This document shows positions 50,306 to 60,464 of a stretch of 64,000 bases of DNA, piece by piece. Every line of letters begins with the position of its first letter. Position 1 is the stretch's first letter. The notes under the pieces are model-generated. The model was not told the origin of the DNA and did no database searches. It saw only the letters and a list, made by a program, of their open reading frames with translations. This DNA is from Methanomassiliicoccaceae archaeon (lineage in GTDB: Archaea; Thermoplasmatota; Thermoplasmata; Methanomassiliicoccales; UBA472). Where the stretch lies: positions 101,999 through 165,998 of the forward strand of contig CAWBKY010000007.1 of the NCBI GenBank assembly GCA_963789555.1. Reading direction: 5' to 3'. The position numbers and the translations under genes are program-made.

Positions 50306-50953
50306 TCACCGCTTGCAGACCTTCTCCCAGTCCTTGAGGAACCGCTCGATCCCAGCGTCGGTGAGCGGGTGGCGGAACATCTTCTTCAGTACGTCAAAGG
50401 GTATGGTGGCCACGTCCGCCCCCATGCGCGCCGCTTCCGTGACATGTATGGGGTCCCTGACACTTGCCACGATGACCTCGGTGTCGAAATCATAGTTCTC
50501 GTAGATGTCCATGATCTCGCCAATGAGGTCCATGCCGTTCTGGCCGACATCATCGAGCCGACCCACGAAGGGCGAGACATAGGCGGCGCCGGCCTTGGCG
50601 GCGAGCAGGGCCTGGTTGGCGCTGAAAATGAGCGTGACGTTGACCCGGACGCCTTCCTGGGCCAGGACCTTGGTGGCCTTCAGGCCGTCCTCGTTCATGG
50701 GGATCTTGACCACGATGTTCTTGTGGATGCGCGCCAACTTGCGGGCCTCCGGCACGATGTCCTCCGCTTTGCACGAGACGGCCTCGACGCTTATTGGTCC
50801 GTCGACCACCTGGCATATCTCTTCCACCAGGGTGGCGAAGTCCTTGCTCTCCTTGGCCACCAACGATGGGTTGGTGGTGACCCCGTCCAGGATGCCCCAG
50901 CTGTTCACTTCCTTGATCTGCTCGATGTTCGCGGTGTCTATGAAGATCTTCAT
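50306..50953 (-). CDS. tal: transaldolase / fructose-6-phosphate aldolase (short TalC/FSA type)
   Basis: [31 protein letters not shown], Schiff-base Lys context NIVVKIP, 215 aa. Confidence 0.9.
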   Translation of the reverse strand: MKIFIDTANIEQIKEVNSWGILDGVTTNPSLVAKESKDFATLVEEICQVVDGPISVEAVSCKAEDIVPEARKLARIHKNIVVKIPMNEDGLKATKVLAQEGVRVNVTLIFSANQALLAAKAGAAYVSPFVGRLDDVGQNGMDLIGEIMDIYENYDFDTEVIVASVRDPIHVTEAARMGADVATIPFDVLKKMFRHPLTDAGIERFLKDWEKVCKR

Positions 50954-51897
50954 CTCGTTCGCCTCCTAATGGCTAAACGGGCGGACTCAACCACGCTTTC
51001 CGCCGTCAGCCCATATTTCATCAACAGCTCGTCGCTCTCCCCCGACTCGCCGAAGACATCGTCCATTCCCACTATTTGGATGGGTACATTGACCCTCTCC
51101 ACCAGACAGGTGGCCACGGCCGCCCCGAGCCCACTGAGCCGGTTGTGCTCCTCGGCGGTGACGATGCAGCCGGTCTCCTTGGCGGCCTTGACCAGCAGGG
51201 CCTCGTCCAGCGGTTTGATGGTACTGATGTTGATGACCCGGGCGGAGACCCCCTCGGCCTTGAGTACCTCGGCGGCCTCCAGGCAGGCGGCCACCATCTG
51301 GCCGGTGCCGACCAGGGCGACGTCGTCACCGTCGCGGAGCAGCTGCCCCTTGCCAATCTGGAAGGGGGTATCTTTGTCGGTGATCACAGGCACGTCGGAA
51401 CGACCCATCCGCATGTAGCATGGCCCCTCTGTTTCTGCCAAGGCGAAGGTGGCCTTGTAGGTCTCCGGGCCGTCCGCCGGGCATACCACCGTCATGTTGG
51501 GGATGGTACGCATCAGGGCCAGGTCCTCCATGGTCTGGTGGGAGGCACCGTCCGGTCCGACGCTTATCCCAGCGTGGGTGGCCACGATCTTCACGTTCAG
51601 GTCCGGGTAGGCCACCGACTGCCTTATCTGGTCCCAGCAGCGGCCAGTGGCGAAGACCGCGAAGGTGGATGCGAACGCCACCTTTCCCGAGGCGGCCAGA
51701 CCGGCGGCGGTGCCGATCATGTTGGCCTCTGCGATGCCACAATTGAAGAATCGATGCGGATAGGCCTTTGCGAAATCGGCGGTTCGGGTGGAACCGGAAA
51801 GGTCGGCGTCCAGGACCACGACGTCCTCGCGCACCTTGCCCAGGTCGACCAGGGCCCTTCCGTACTCCTTCCTTTGCTGCATGACCGGCCGCTTCAA
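50950..51897 (-). CDS. transketolase, C-terminal (pyrimidine-binding) subunit
   Basis: [45 protein letters not shown]. 4-nt overlaps with both neighbouring genes. Confidence 0.9.
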   Translation of the reverse strand: MKRPVMQQRKEYGRALVDLGKVREDVVVLDADLSGSTRTADFAKAYPHRFFNCGIAEANMIGTAAGLAASGKVAFASTFAVFATGRCWDQIRQSVAYPDLNVKIVATHAGISVGPDGASHQTMEDLALMRTIPNMTVVCPADGPETYKATFALAETEGPCYMRMGRSDVPVITDKDTPFQIGKGQLLRDGDDVALVGTGQMVAACLEAAEVLKAEGVSARVINISTIKPLDEALLVKAAKETGCIVTAEEHNRLSGLGAAVATCLVERVNVPIQIVGMDDVFGESGESDELLMKYGLTAESVVESARLAIRRRTR

Positions 51898-52700
51898 TCT
51901 ATCTCCCCCAGCTCTCTCAAGGCCTTCTCGGTCTCCTCCCGACTGGTGGACTTGCCGTGGAAGGCCACATTGTTCTCCATGAACGAGACGCCCTTTCCCT
52001 TGACGGTGCGGGCGATTATGACCGAAGGTCCGCCCTTATGGACCTTGGCGTGGGCCAGGGCCTTGAGCACATCCTTGATGTCATTGCCTTCGCAATGGAT
52101 GACGTTCCAACCGAACCCCCTCCATTTGTCGGCCAGTGGTTCGAGCGACATCACCTTCTCGGTCGGACCGTCGATCTGCAGACCGTTCCGGTCCACGATG
52201 CATGTGACGTTGTCCAATCTATAATGGGCCGCCAGCATGGCCGCCTCCCATATCTGCCCCTCTTGCATCTCCCCGTCCCCGCAGAGGCAGTAGACATGAT
52301 AATCGAGTTTGTCAAGGCGCGCCGCCAAGGCCATGCCGTTTGCGATGCTGAGGCCCTGACCGAGCGAGCCGGTGGACATCTCCACCCCTGGCGTCTTGGT
52401 GCGACAGGGATGTCCCTGCAGGCGGCAGCTGATCTTGCGCAGGGTGAGCAGCTCCTCTGGCGGGAGGTATCCGCTCTCTGCCAAGGCGGCATATAGCACC
52501 GGGGCGCAGTGTCCCTTGGAAAGCACGAAACGGTCCCGGTCTGGCCATTGGGGGTCCTCAGGCCGGTGCCGCATGAAGTTGAAGAACAGGGCGGTGACTA
52601 TGTCCGCCGATGACAGGGAACCGCCGGGATGTCCCGACCCAGCCTCGAAGGTCATCTTGATGACATGCCTCCGCAGCCGGTTGGCCTTGGTCTCTAACAT
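51894..52700 (-). CDS. transketolase, N-terminal (TPP-binding) subunit
   Basis: SGHPGGSLSSADIV, LSKGHCAPVLYA, GSLGQGLSIANGMA, CGDGEMQEGQIWEA. I prefer the start at MLETKANRL (52700) or TTG 52730. The ORF-track start at 52856 would run into the divergent HD gene. Confidence 0.85.
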   Translation of the reverse strand: MLETKANRLRRHVIKMTFEAGSGHPGGSLSSADIVTALFFNFMRHRPEDPQWPDRDRFVLSKGHCAPVLYAALAESGYLPPEELLTLRKISCRLQGHPCRTKTPGVEMSTGSLGQGLSIANGMALAARLDKLDYHVYCLCGDGEMQEGQIWEAAMLAAHYRLDNVTCIVDRNGLQIDGPTEKVMSLEPLADKWRGFGWNVIHCEGNDIKDVLKALAHAKVHKGGPSVIIARTVKGKGVSFMENNVAFHGKSTSREETEKALRELGEID

Positions 52701-52854
52701 CCTGATGGTCTCATCATTGACAGCGTCCAATAAATAACACCTCGAAAGGATGGGATGGGGTGACAAGATAATCGGGTTGCTGTTAAAAAGATTTTGGACC
52801 AACCCCCAGAACCCAGGGGCATGGTTAAGAGGCTCAACGAGGATATCTCCCTCC

Positions 52855-53631
52855 ATGGCCTTGTCCCTCGATCCATCCCACCGTAGCTACGAGAGGTTGT
52901 CCCAGGTGCTGGACAGATTGAACGCCGACGTCGAGGTGAGGACGCTCTGGAAGGCATCCAACATAACCGCCATCGATCGTCTCGGCTTCAATGACCACGG
53001 CCCGGTGCACATCCGCATCGTCACCAAGATGGCACTGCGCATGCTGGACATCCTGGTCAAGGAAGGGATGCAGCCCAGCATCGTCAAGGATTACAAGCTG
53101 ACCGTGGAGGAAGCGTACGTGGTGGTCCTCCTAGCCTCCGCCCTGCACGACATCGGCCATGCCATCCATCGCGACCGCCACGAGGAGTTCTCCCTCATCC
53201 TCGCCCCGCCCATTATAAAGCGCCTGCTGGATGGACTTTACGAGGGGGAGGTGGCCACCATCATCATGGCCGAGGTCCTCCATTGCATCATCGCTCATCG
53301 CGAGGATGTGCTGCCGCTCACCCTGGAGGGAGGCATCGTGAGAGTGGCCGATTCCCTCGACATGGAGAAGGGAAGGGCGCGCATCCCATTCCAGGCGGGG
53401 AGGGTGAACATACACTCCGTCTCGGCCTTGGCCATCGACAAGGTGCGGGTGTCCCAGGGCACCACCACGCCCATCCTCATCGAGATAGAGATGAACAACT
53501 CCGCTGGTATCTATCAGATAGATGAGCTGTTCAAGGACAAGATAGAAAAATCGGGGATCAGGGACAAGATCACGGTGGTGACCCGTGTCCCCAAGGAAGA
53601 GAAAAGGATCGTGGAGTGCATCCAGTTCTAA
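52855..53631 (+). CDS. HD-domain phosphohydrolase family protein
   Basis: HGPVHIRIV...LLASALHDIGHAIHRDRHEEFS (H..HD..H). I chose the start at MALSLDPSH (Met-36 of the ORF). Confidence 0.65.
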   Translation: MALSLDPSHRSYERLSQVLDRLNADVEVRTLWKASNITAIDRLGFNDHGPVHIRIVTKMALRMLDILVKEGMQPSIVKDYKLTVEEAYVVVLLASALHDIGHAIHRDRHEEFSLILAPPIIKRLLDGLYEGEVATIIMAEVLHCIIAHREDVLPLTLEGGIVRVADSLDMEKGRARIPFQAGRVNIHSVSALAIDKVRVSQGTTTPILIEIEMNNSAGIYQIDELFKDKIEKSGIRDKITVVTRVPKEEKRIVECIQF

Positions 53632-54365
53632 TCGTTCTCGATCCTCGGCGCCAGGAGGTACTTGGTCCTTCCCTTGCCCCCGGCTATCTCGAAGTCCAGT
53701 TTGAGGGGCAGGTCGTTTCCCAGGTTGATCTGCACCACGGTCCCAGATGGGATGGCCCGGATCATGTTGGAGAAGTAGTCCATGGGGAACAGGCTGCGGA
53801 TGGGCTCCTTGCAGTCCAAGGCCACCAATATGTCCCGGGGCAGCTTCAGGCTGACCAGGTCGGTGTCGCCCTCGGAGATGAGCTCGAACCCATCCGGGTT
53901 GGCGTTCAAGGCGATATGGTCGGATATCGATTCGGCCGCCTTTATGCCCCTCTGCAGCTCCTCGACGTTCACTGACACCTTGGCGGGCAGGGTGAGGTTG
54001 GGCACCTTGGGGTCCGACATACCCTCGGTCGAGACCAGGTTCATGCGCCTGGTGACGTTGCCCACGGCGATGACCAGCCGATTGCGCTCCTCGTCCTGGC
54101 GCATCTCGATGAGGTCCCCCGATTTGGCCAAACGTATGACGTCACGCAGTTTGTCCAGGTCGATGCCCAGCTCGGTATCGTTGGCCGAGAATTGTTCGAA
54201 GGCCGCCTTGTCGAGGTGCAGGTCGATCATCGCCACGTGGGCCGGGTCCACCGCCTTCAACGAGATGCCGTTGGCGTCGATCTTGAACTTAGCTTCATCG
54301 ATGAGAGTTGAAACGACGTCCACGACGCCCTTGAGCGTCTCGGACTTCAGCTTGGCTTGGAACAT
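53628..54365 (-). CDS. pcn: DNA polymerase sliding clamp PCNA
   Basis: 245 aa. MFQAKLKSETLKGVVDVVSTLIDEAKFKIDANGISLKAVDPAHVAMIDL and a duplicated-domain layout typical of archaeal PCNA. Confidence 0.85.
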   Translation of the reverse strand: MFQAKLKSETLKGVVDVVSTLIDEAKFKIDANGISLKAVDPAHVAMIDLHLDKAAFEQFSANDTELGIDLDKLRDVIRLAKSGDLIEMRQDEERNRLVIAVGNVTRRMNLVSTEGMSDPKVPNLTLPAKVSVNVEELQRGIKAAESISDHIALNANPDGFELISEGDTDLVSLKLPRDILVALDCKEPIRSLFPMDYFSNMIRAIPSGTVVQINLGNDLPLKLDFEIAGGKGRTKYLLAPRIEND

Positions 54366-54445
54366 CTATCTCCCCTTTCCATGCAGTAATGGAATGATGT
54401 ATTATAATCCTTCTTTTAAGGGTAATGGACGATGAAATAACGGGA

Positions 54446-54761
54446 TCAGCCGTACTCGCGCCAGGAATGCTGACACTTGACGCAACGATAGATCTTGGTC
54501 TCGGGTTCATCGGCGGCGCGGGTCTGTCTCAGAACCCAGAACGCCTCATTATGAAGACATTTGGGGCACTCCACCTTGGCCTTGGGCAAAGTTGCCGCGT
54601 TGCTCATCCACCACCAGCATCTCCTTATCTCTTTTCTTGCTGGCGACATAGCATTCATCCTTCTCGAAGGCCAGATGTTTCTGGCATTTCTTGCAAAAGA
54701 GAAGGTTCTTGCCATCCACCTTCTGGGGGAACATCAAGGATTTGCATTCGGGGCAGAACAT
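54446..54761 (-). CDS. tfs: transcription factor S (RPB9/TFIIS-like); apparent frame break near 54600
   Basis: N-terminal Zn ribbon MFCPECKSLMFPQ...LFCKKCQ (ORF 54549..54761). C-terminal ribbon ATLPKAKVECPKCLHNEAFWVLRQTRAADEPETKIYRCVKCQHSWREYG (ORF 54446..54715), including the acidic-loop RAADEP motif. Confidence 0.85.
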
Positions 54762-54802
54762 GTGAACGCTCGAAAATTAGAACTCCCTATTAATACTATT
54801 GC

Positions 54803-55765
54803 CTATGCACCATCGTCGAGCGCAAGCATCAGATGAAGCGCCAATCCCCTTGTCCAGCATCCTCGTCCAGGTCCTTCGTCCTCGCTGCCCTGGTCCTTGG
54901 AAGGGCGGGAGTGGGACTGGCGGTGGCTGGCCGATGAGGCGGCGGCACGGCGCATGGCCTTCACGTTGCGCTTGGCACGCGATGGCGAGGATACAAAGTC
55001 GATCTCGGCCCGGTCCACTCCGCGGTCCACTGGGCTGGTGATGTCCTCCCCGTCCTCATCATCGGAAACGGAGTGCATCTGGGAAAACCCCTTGGACGAT
55101 TTTGTCTTCTTACCGGAGGCGGACTTCGCCGGACGGGCGGGGCTTGAAGAACCCCCCATCGGGCCGGGTCTTGGTCTTTCGGGAACCGTTGTTGAACATC
55201 ACGGTCATGCCCTGGCCGCCATTATCGGACAGGTAGTCCATCTCCCTCCAGGCCTGGAGGGCCAGGGCGCCACCGATGTACGCGAAGGCTAGGGTGAGGA
55301 TGTAGACGTCCAGGTGGACACCGGTGCCCACTTGTATCGCCCCGATGTACATCTCGGAGTACTGCTCGGCAAAGATCACGTAAGGTCCGAAGGACGGTGA
55401 TAGCGAGACCACGAAGGCGTAGATGTTGTCCGTGGTCATCTCCCAACCGACATACTCGGATTGGAGGATCCAAGAGACCACCGCGAGGACCACTAGCGGC
55501 ACCAGGGCGGCGGCGACGCCTATCAATGGGCGGCCGGCCCGCGGCCGCACACATAGCCGCTCACCATCGGACCGATGATGGGCAGCCACCAGAGGAGGAA
55601 CGTTAGAATGGAGGCGTACTTCACCGCCCCCCAGAAACTGTATGGGCTGACGGCATCGTGGCGCTTTCGCTTCTTCTTGTGCGATTCACCAATCTTGTAC
55701 ACCCCATTGTCCAATAGGGTGCTGGTGATGTCATCATCATCAGCCTTACGTCTGAGCACTCCCAT
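54803..55765 (-). CDS. membrane protein with long disordered Ser/Asp/Lys-rich C-terminal tail; at least two frame breaks (~55530, ~55150)
   Basis: Three overlapping minus-strand ORFs (55523..55765, 55110..55589, 54803..55159) join into one product: cytoplasmic N-terminus, about 4 TM helices, then a low-complexity tail. No family recognised. Confidence 0.4.
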
Positions 55766-55772
55766 CCCTCAG

Positions 55773-55790
55773 GTCGGACGAATGTCCGAC
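55773..55790. promoter_or_regulatory. 7-bp inverted repeat GTCGGAC-GAAT-GTCCGAC, with a degenerate second copy at 55865-55879
   Basis: The perfect stem-loop/palindrome lies 8-25 nt upstream of the start codon at 55765. GTCAGACATTCGTCC at 55865-55879 matches its reverse complement at 14 of 15 positions. About 75 nt of AT-rich sequence separates them. Confidence 0.35.
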
Positions 55791-55881
55791 ATAATATATC
55801 GATACTGCATATTAATGCTTTTGGTAATTCTAAATTTCCACTATCCAGATATCAGAAAGAAATCGTCAGACATTCGTCCCA

Positions 55882-56245
55882 TCACTTGGGGACGTAGCAC
55901 CACAGGTTGGCCCTTATCAACGCGTCCCTAGTGTTCTCCGGCGTGATCCTGCGCGGGTTGGTCTGATTCTGAAGCATGTCCGAGTACGGGTACTCGATGT
56001 ACTCAGCCAAACGCTTCAATTTCTCAGCGGGAAATGCCTGGTTACCTAGCAGTATCTGCAGGACGCTCCATCCTGGATGGATGCGGGACCTGTAACCCAG
56101 CTCCCTTCCCAGCCCGTTCAGGCTTCCTGCCTTGTCCAGGCCCTTCTTTGATGATCTCGGCCCGGTATGCTGATTTCAACCAGACCTTGTCCAGCTCTGC
56201 CTGTGATCGCGTCTTATTGCGGAATGATGCCGCGAATTCGGACAC
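55882..56245 (-). CDS. hypothetical ~120-aa protein, possibly HTH-containing; apparent 1-nt insertion at ~56139-56140
   Basis: GTG start gives MSEFAASFRNKTRSQAELDKVWLKSAYRAEIIKEG. With one base removed it continues LDKAGSLNGLGRELGYRSRIHPGWSVLQILLGNQAFPAEKLKRLAEYIEYPYSDM...LWCYVPK to a stop at 55882. The HTH idea rests only on the SLNGLGRELGY...W..L segment. Confidence 0.35.
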
Positions 56246-56284
56246 ATCCCTGTTATTTTCCGTTGATATTATTTAATGCATTCG

Positions 56285-56296
56285 CTCATTAATGAG
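56285..56296. promoter_or_regulatory. perfect 12-nt palindrome CTCATTAATGAG in a divergent promoter region
   Basis: It lies 40 nt upstream of the GTG start at 56245 and ~185 nt upstream of yjbQ, next to a TTAAATAATAT TATA-like run (minus-strand sense). Confidence 0.3.
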
Positions 56297-56479
56297 GGAA
56301 ATAACGTAGAATAAGAGCACTTTTCGCGTAATTACTATTTAAACATGCCAAAGTGACATCTTAAAGAACATTATGAACGCCTGGTTCTGGGAAAATGAGC
56401 TCAATGCTCACCCCATTCCCATGTGGTTGCCGAACCACAAATGAGATATAGGTACCGCTAAGTAGCCCCGCTCGATAAG

Positions 56480-56899
56480 ATGGCCACCTTCCGAGCGGAG
56501 AAGAGGGTCAGGACCGAGGCGGAGGGCGACATGGTCGACCTCACAGCCTGGGTGAGAGAGCGTGTAAGCGCCTCCAATCTCAAGGAGGGCATCGCCTGCG
56601 CCTTCGCCTCCCACTCCACCGCCGCCATGGTCCTCATCGAGGACGAGGCGGGGCTGAGGCAAGACCTCAAAAACTCCATGGAGAGACAGTTCCCCAAAGG
56701 CATCGAGTACGATCACAATTCGGCCTGGGGGGATGGCAACGGACATTCGCACATCCGGGCCACGTCCCTGGGGCAGTCCGTCACGTTCCCCTTCAGCAAT
56801 CGGGCTCCGGACCTTGGCACTTGGCAGCAGGTGGTGCTGGTGGAGCTTGACAATCGAGGCCGGGACAGGCACGTCGTGCTACAACTGGTAGGTGACTAG
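56480..56899 (+). CDS. YjbQ/UPF0047 family protein (secondary thiamine-phosphate synthase family)
   Basis: GIACAFASHSTAAMVLIEDEAGLRQDL...WGDGNGHSHIRATSLGQSVTFPF...LGTWQQVVLVELD is a typical UPF0047 pattern. Confidence 0.8.
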   Translation: MATFRAEKRVRTEAEGDMVDLTAWVRERVSASNLKEGIACAFASHSTAAMVLIEDEAGLRQDLKNSMERQFPKGIEYDHNSAWGDGNGHSHIRATSLGQSVTFPFSNRAPDLGTWQQVVLVELDNRGRDRHVVLQLVGD

Positions 56900-56936
56900 A
56901 ACTGATCGCATTCACATTCGCAAGAGGTAGAGAGAA

Positions 56937-58211
56937 ATGAAGATCCAATTCCTAGGAGGCGCCGAGGAGGTTGGCCGGTTGGGCATGTTAATGAAACACA
57001 AGGACACCAGCATTTTGTTGGAGTACGGTTTCAAGATCAATGCCAAGGACCACCTCGACCCAACGAAAAAAAAGGCACCCGAATATCCCATGCCTTGCCC
57101 ACCAGTGGACCACGCGCTGCTGACTCATTGTCACATCGACCATAGTGGGATGCTGCCAAAAATTTGTAGTGAGTACAACACCAGACTATATGCTACTCCG
57201 CTGACGATCAATGTATCAGAGCTGCTGTTCTATGATGGTCTGAAGGTGGCTGAACGGGAAGGCTATGAGCCCGCCTATCAAGAGGAGGACATCGAGGTGG
57301 CCATGCGCAACTTCGAGCCCATCCACTTCGGTCAGACGATCGACCTGGCCGGTTTCGAGGTTAAGGCCCACTCCGCAGGGCATGTGCCTGGAGCGGCGAT
57401 GTATGAGATACGCGGACAGAAGACCACCTTGTTCACCGGTGACCTCAACACCGAGACAACCAAATTGGTATATGGCGCCCACCCTGTAAAGTGCGACAAC
57501 CTCATCATCGAGTCCACCTATGCCGGCCGGAAGCAGCGCGACCGCCTCAAAGAAGAGGCGCGCTTCGTTCAAAAGGTCAAGGAAGTGGTGGAACGGGGAG
57601 GAAAGGCCATCATTCCCTGCTTCGCCGTGGGGCGAATGCAGGAGGTCATGCTGATACTGAGGAACCTAAAGTACGATATGTGGGTGGACGGCATGGGAAA
57701 GACGGTGAACCGCATGTACCTGGACATGCCAGAGTACCTTCGCAACGAGAAGGACCTGAAGTATGCCAAGCGCGTCTTCAACGAGGTCCGCACCGCGTCC
57801 ACTCGGGAGCGTTCCATGAAGGGCGAGGTCATCGTCACCACCAGCGGCATGCTGGATGGGGGCCCGGTGCTGCGCTACCTAATGAAGGAGAAGGAGAACC
57901 GGAAGAGCGCCGTGCTCATTCCCGGCTACCAGGCCGAAGGTTCGAACGGCAGGATGCTGCTCGATAAGGGCAAGATCGCCGTGGAGACGGAGGTCATCGG
58001 GGAGAAGGAGCTGGTGGACGTGAAGTGCGAGACCCAGGTTTTCGACCTGTCCGCCCATGCCGATCATAACGAGCTGCTCGCTTTCATCCGCGCCTGCGAC
58101 CCGGAGAAGGTCATCTTCATGCATGGGGACAACCGTCAGCTCCTCGCTGACGAGCTGAAGGGCGAGATGGAGATCTTCATGCCCATGACCGGTGAGGAGC
58201 TAGAGCTCTGA
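56937..58211 (+). CDS. beta-CASP metallo-beta-lactamase RNase (aCPSF2-like)
   Basis: LLTHCHIDHSGMLP (HxHxDH), STYAGR, later IPGYQAEGSNG and LSAHADHNELL, 424 aa. Confidence 0.8.
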   Translation: MKIQFLGGAEEVGRLGMLMKHKDTSILLEYGFKINAKDHLDPTKKKAPEYPMPCPPVDHALLTHCHIDHSGMLPKICSEYNTRLYATPLTINVSELLFYDGLKVAEREGYEPAYQEEDIEVAMRNFEPIHFGQTIDLAGFEVKAHSAGHVPGAAMYEIRGQKTTLFTGDLNTETTKLVYGAHPVKCDNLIIESTYAGRKQRDRLKEEARFVQKVKEVVERGGKAIIPCFAVGRMQEVMLILRNLKYDMWVDGMGKTVNRMYLDMPEYLRNEKDLKYAKRVFNEVRTASTRERSMKGEVIVTTSGMLDGGPVLRYLMKEKENRKSAVLIPGYQAEGSNGRMLLDKGKIAVETEVIGEKELVDVKCETQVFDLSAHADHNELLAFIRACDPEKVIFMHGDNRQLLADELKGEMEIFMPMTGEELEL

Positions 58212-58220
58212 GGTGAGGTC

Positions 58221-59042
58221 TTGAAGCTAGCCGACCTTCTCGCGGAGGATGTGGGCGATGGGGACATCACCACCGAGCTCTTGATCGGCGAAGAGAGGGG
58301 GGAGGCGTCCATCACCACTGGCGAGGACTGTGTGCTAGCGGGATTGCAGGAGGCGACGGACCTGTTCCGCCACCTCGGCCTGGAGACCAGGACCGATGTG
58401 AAGGACGGACAGCGCCTGGTCAAAGGCCAAGAGGTCCTGGTCATCTCTGGCCCGCTGCGCCTCATCCTTCGCGCCGAACGAGTGGCATTGAACTTCCTGA
58501 TGCGTATGAGCGGCATCGCCTCCTTGACCCGCTCCTTGGTGGACCAATGCCAGAGGGTCAATTCCTCGGTTCGCATCGCCGCCACCCGGAAGACCACCCC
58601 CGGTTTCCGCCTTTACGAGAAGAAAGCCGTACGTCTGGGCGGAGGTGACCCACACCGGTCCCGACTGGACGACGGGATACTCATCAAGGACAACCATTTA
58701 GCGGTGGTGGGTTCGATCACCCAAGCGGTGCAAAGGGCCAAATCGCTCTCATTTTCGAAGAAGGTCGAGGTGGAGGTGGAGACGCTGGGAGGGGCCGAGG
58801 AGGCTGCCAACTCCGGTGCCGACATCATCATGCTCGACAACATGGGCGTTTCCGAAGCGGAAAGGGCCTACCGGGCCATCAAGGCCATCGACAAACGTAT
58901 CGTGGTCGAGGTATCTGGAGGGATGACCCCGCAGAACGTCGCCTCCTATGCCAGGTATGCGGACGTAATCTCCATGGGATACATAACCCATTCAGCCCCG
59001 GCCATCCAGTTCAGTCTGCACATCGTCAAGGTGAGCCGCTGA
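58221..59042 (+). CDS. nadC: nicotinate-nucleotide pyrophosphorylase (quinolinate phosphoribosyltransferase)
   Basis: DVGDGDITT, ERVALNFLMRMSGIAS, TRKTTPGFR, GGGDPHR, IMLDNM. TTG start. Confidence 0.9.
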   Translation: MKLADLLAEDVGDGDITTELLIGEERGEASITTGEDCVLAGLQEATDLFRHLGLETRTDVKDGQRLVKGQEVLVISGPLRLILRAERVALNFLMRMSGIASLTRSLVDQCQRVNSSVRIAATRKTTPGFRLYEKKAVRLGGGDPHRSRLDDGILIKDNHLAVVGSITQAVQRAKSLSFSKKVEVEVETLGGAEEAANSGADIIMLDNMGVSEAERAYRAIKAIDKRIVVEVSGGMTPQNVASYARYADVISMGYITHSAPAIQFSLHIVKVSR

Positions 59043-59871
59043 TCGGCCCCAGCTTGATGCGATGGTAGCGCAGCCCGATCTCCTCCGGAGTCGCCCCGAA
59101 GGCCAACGCCATGAGCTCGGAGAGGTGCAGGACCGGCAGACCCTCTTTCTGTCGTAGGTCGAACTGGCTGAAGCAGAACGGACATGGCGTCAATATGCAA
59201 TTCGCTCCGGAACGGCGGTAACTCGAGCACACGTCCTCCAATATGCCGGTGGAGACGACATCGTCCACGCTGGCCACTCCGCCCCCGCAGCATTCCGGCC
59301 AAACCTCATCGTTCACTACCTTCGACCCTAGCCAGCGGGCGATGTCCCCCAACATCTTCGGGGCATAGGCCCTCTCGCGCAGGTCCGCCTTGCTTGGTCT
59401 GAGCACATGACAACCTGAGTGCGGGGCAAGCTTCAAGGCGGACAGGTCCCTCCTAACATGGCTCTTTAGACTCTCTTCCCCCTTTTCGTGGGCCAGGTCC
59501 AAAAGGTGGCGTACCTTGACCCCGCCCCGGTACTCCCGACCCAGGTCAGAAAGGATGAGGTTCACCTTATCGCGCAGCGCAGGCTCCTGCAGCGCGTGCC
59601 TTGCCTCCTGGAACGAGAGGTAGCACCCATTGCACAGGGTCAGCACGTCCCTTCCTTCCATCTCTGCGATGGCCAGCATGCGGGCCACCGTCACCAGCCA
59701 GGTGTCCGCCGCCATGGAGCGCAGACCTATCGGTTCGACGCAGCAGGTGGCCCCCGGCAAGGGCACGTGGTCGACCCCCATCGAGTCCAGCGCGATCAAG
59801 GACGCCTTCTCCAGATGGGGCACCCTGGTGGGGATGAGGCACCCTTTGAATAGGTAGTACCTACCGCTCAA
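59026..59871 (-). CDS. hdrB: heterodisulfide reductase subunit B
   Basis: YLFKGCLIPTRVPHLE, CCG-domain cysteines GATCCVEPIG and WPECCGGG, PCPFC. 11-nt overlap with hdrC. Confidence 0.85.
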   Translation of the reverse strand: MSGRYYLFKGCLIPTRVPHLEKASLIALDSMGVDHVPLPGATCCVEPIGLRSMAADTWLVTVARMLAIAEMEGRDVLTLCNGCYLSFQEARHALQEPALRDKVNLILSDLGREYRGGVKVRHLLDLAHEKGEESLKSHVRRDLSALKLAPHSGCHVLRPSKADLRERAYAPKMLGDIARWLGSKVVNDEVWPECCGGGVASVDDVVSTGILEDVCSSYRRSGANCILTPCPFCFSQFDLRQKEGLPVLHLSELMALAFGATPEEIGLRYHRIKLGPISGSP

Positions 59872-60430
59872 GAGGGGCCCTCCCCAAAGTGGTAGCTTTG
59901 ACCAGCGCGGCCAGCTCCTCGAGGGTCTTGGGGTCGGAGGTCAATTCTGTCAGGCCCAGCTCCTTGCGCAACTTCTTGGTGAGGCCACTGTTGGGGAAGG
60001 CCAGCCCGGTCCTCATGAACAGCTTGGCCTCCTCCTGGAACGACTTGGGGCAGTGACCGGCCAAGGTCGCCCGGCCCCTCATCTCCTGGATGCGGTCGGA
60101 CGGTGAGACCCCCAGTTGGCACCTTTCCGTGCAGGAGTTGCACATGGCGCAGAGCCAGAGCTCCGGGGCATCGGGCCTGAGGAGTGAGAGGTGCAGCTTG
60201 ACCATGGTGTCCGCAGGCTTGATCCCACCATGCCTCTGACTGGGGCATACCCCGGCGCACTGCCCGCATTGATGGCATCGAGCCAGCTCCCCGAACGGAT
60301 CGGGTCCTTCCGACTCTGTCCCAATTGCCTCTATGCGCACGCCCCCAGTAAGGCGCTGCCACATTAAGCCGTTTATTGTCCCTCCGTCGGTAGGTCCGAT
60401 GTGCTTCGCCCGCCTGATGTGGCTCGTCAA
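59861..60430 (-). CDS. hdrC: heterodisulfide reductase subunit C
   Basis: Two ferredoxin-like clusters CHQCGQCAGVCP and CAMCNSCTERCQ. About 190 aa, immediately upstream of hdrB. Confidence 0.8.
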   Translation of the reverse strand: MTSHIRRAKHIGPTDGGTINGLMWQRLTGGVRIEAIGTESEGPDPFGELARCHQCGQCAGVCPSQRHGGIKPADTMVKLHLSLLRPDAPELWLCAMCNSCTERCQLGVSPSDRIQEMRGRATLAGHCPKSFQEEAKLFMRTGLAFPNSGLTKKLRKELGLTELTSDPKTLEELAALVKATTLGRAPLER

Positions 60431-60464
60431 AAGAATGATATCCGGGCCCGACCTACGCTAACGC

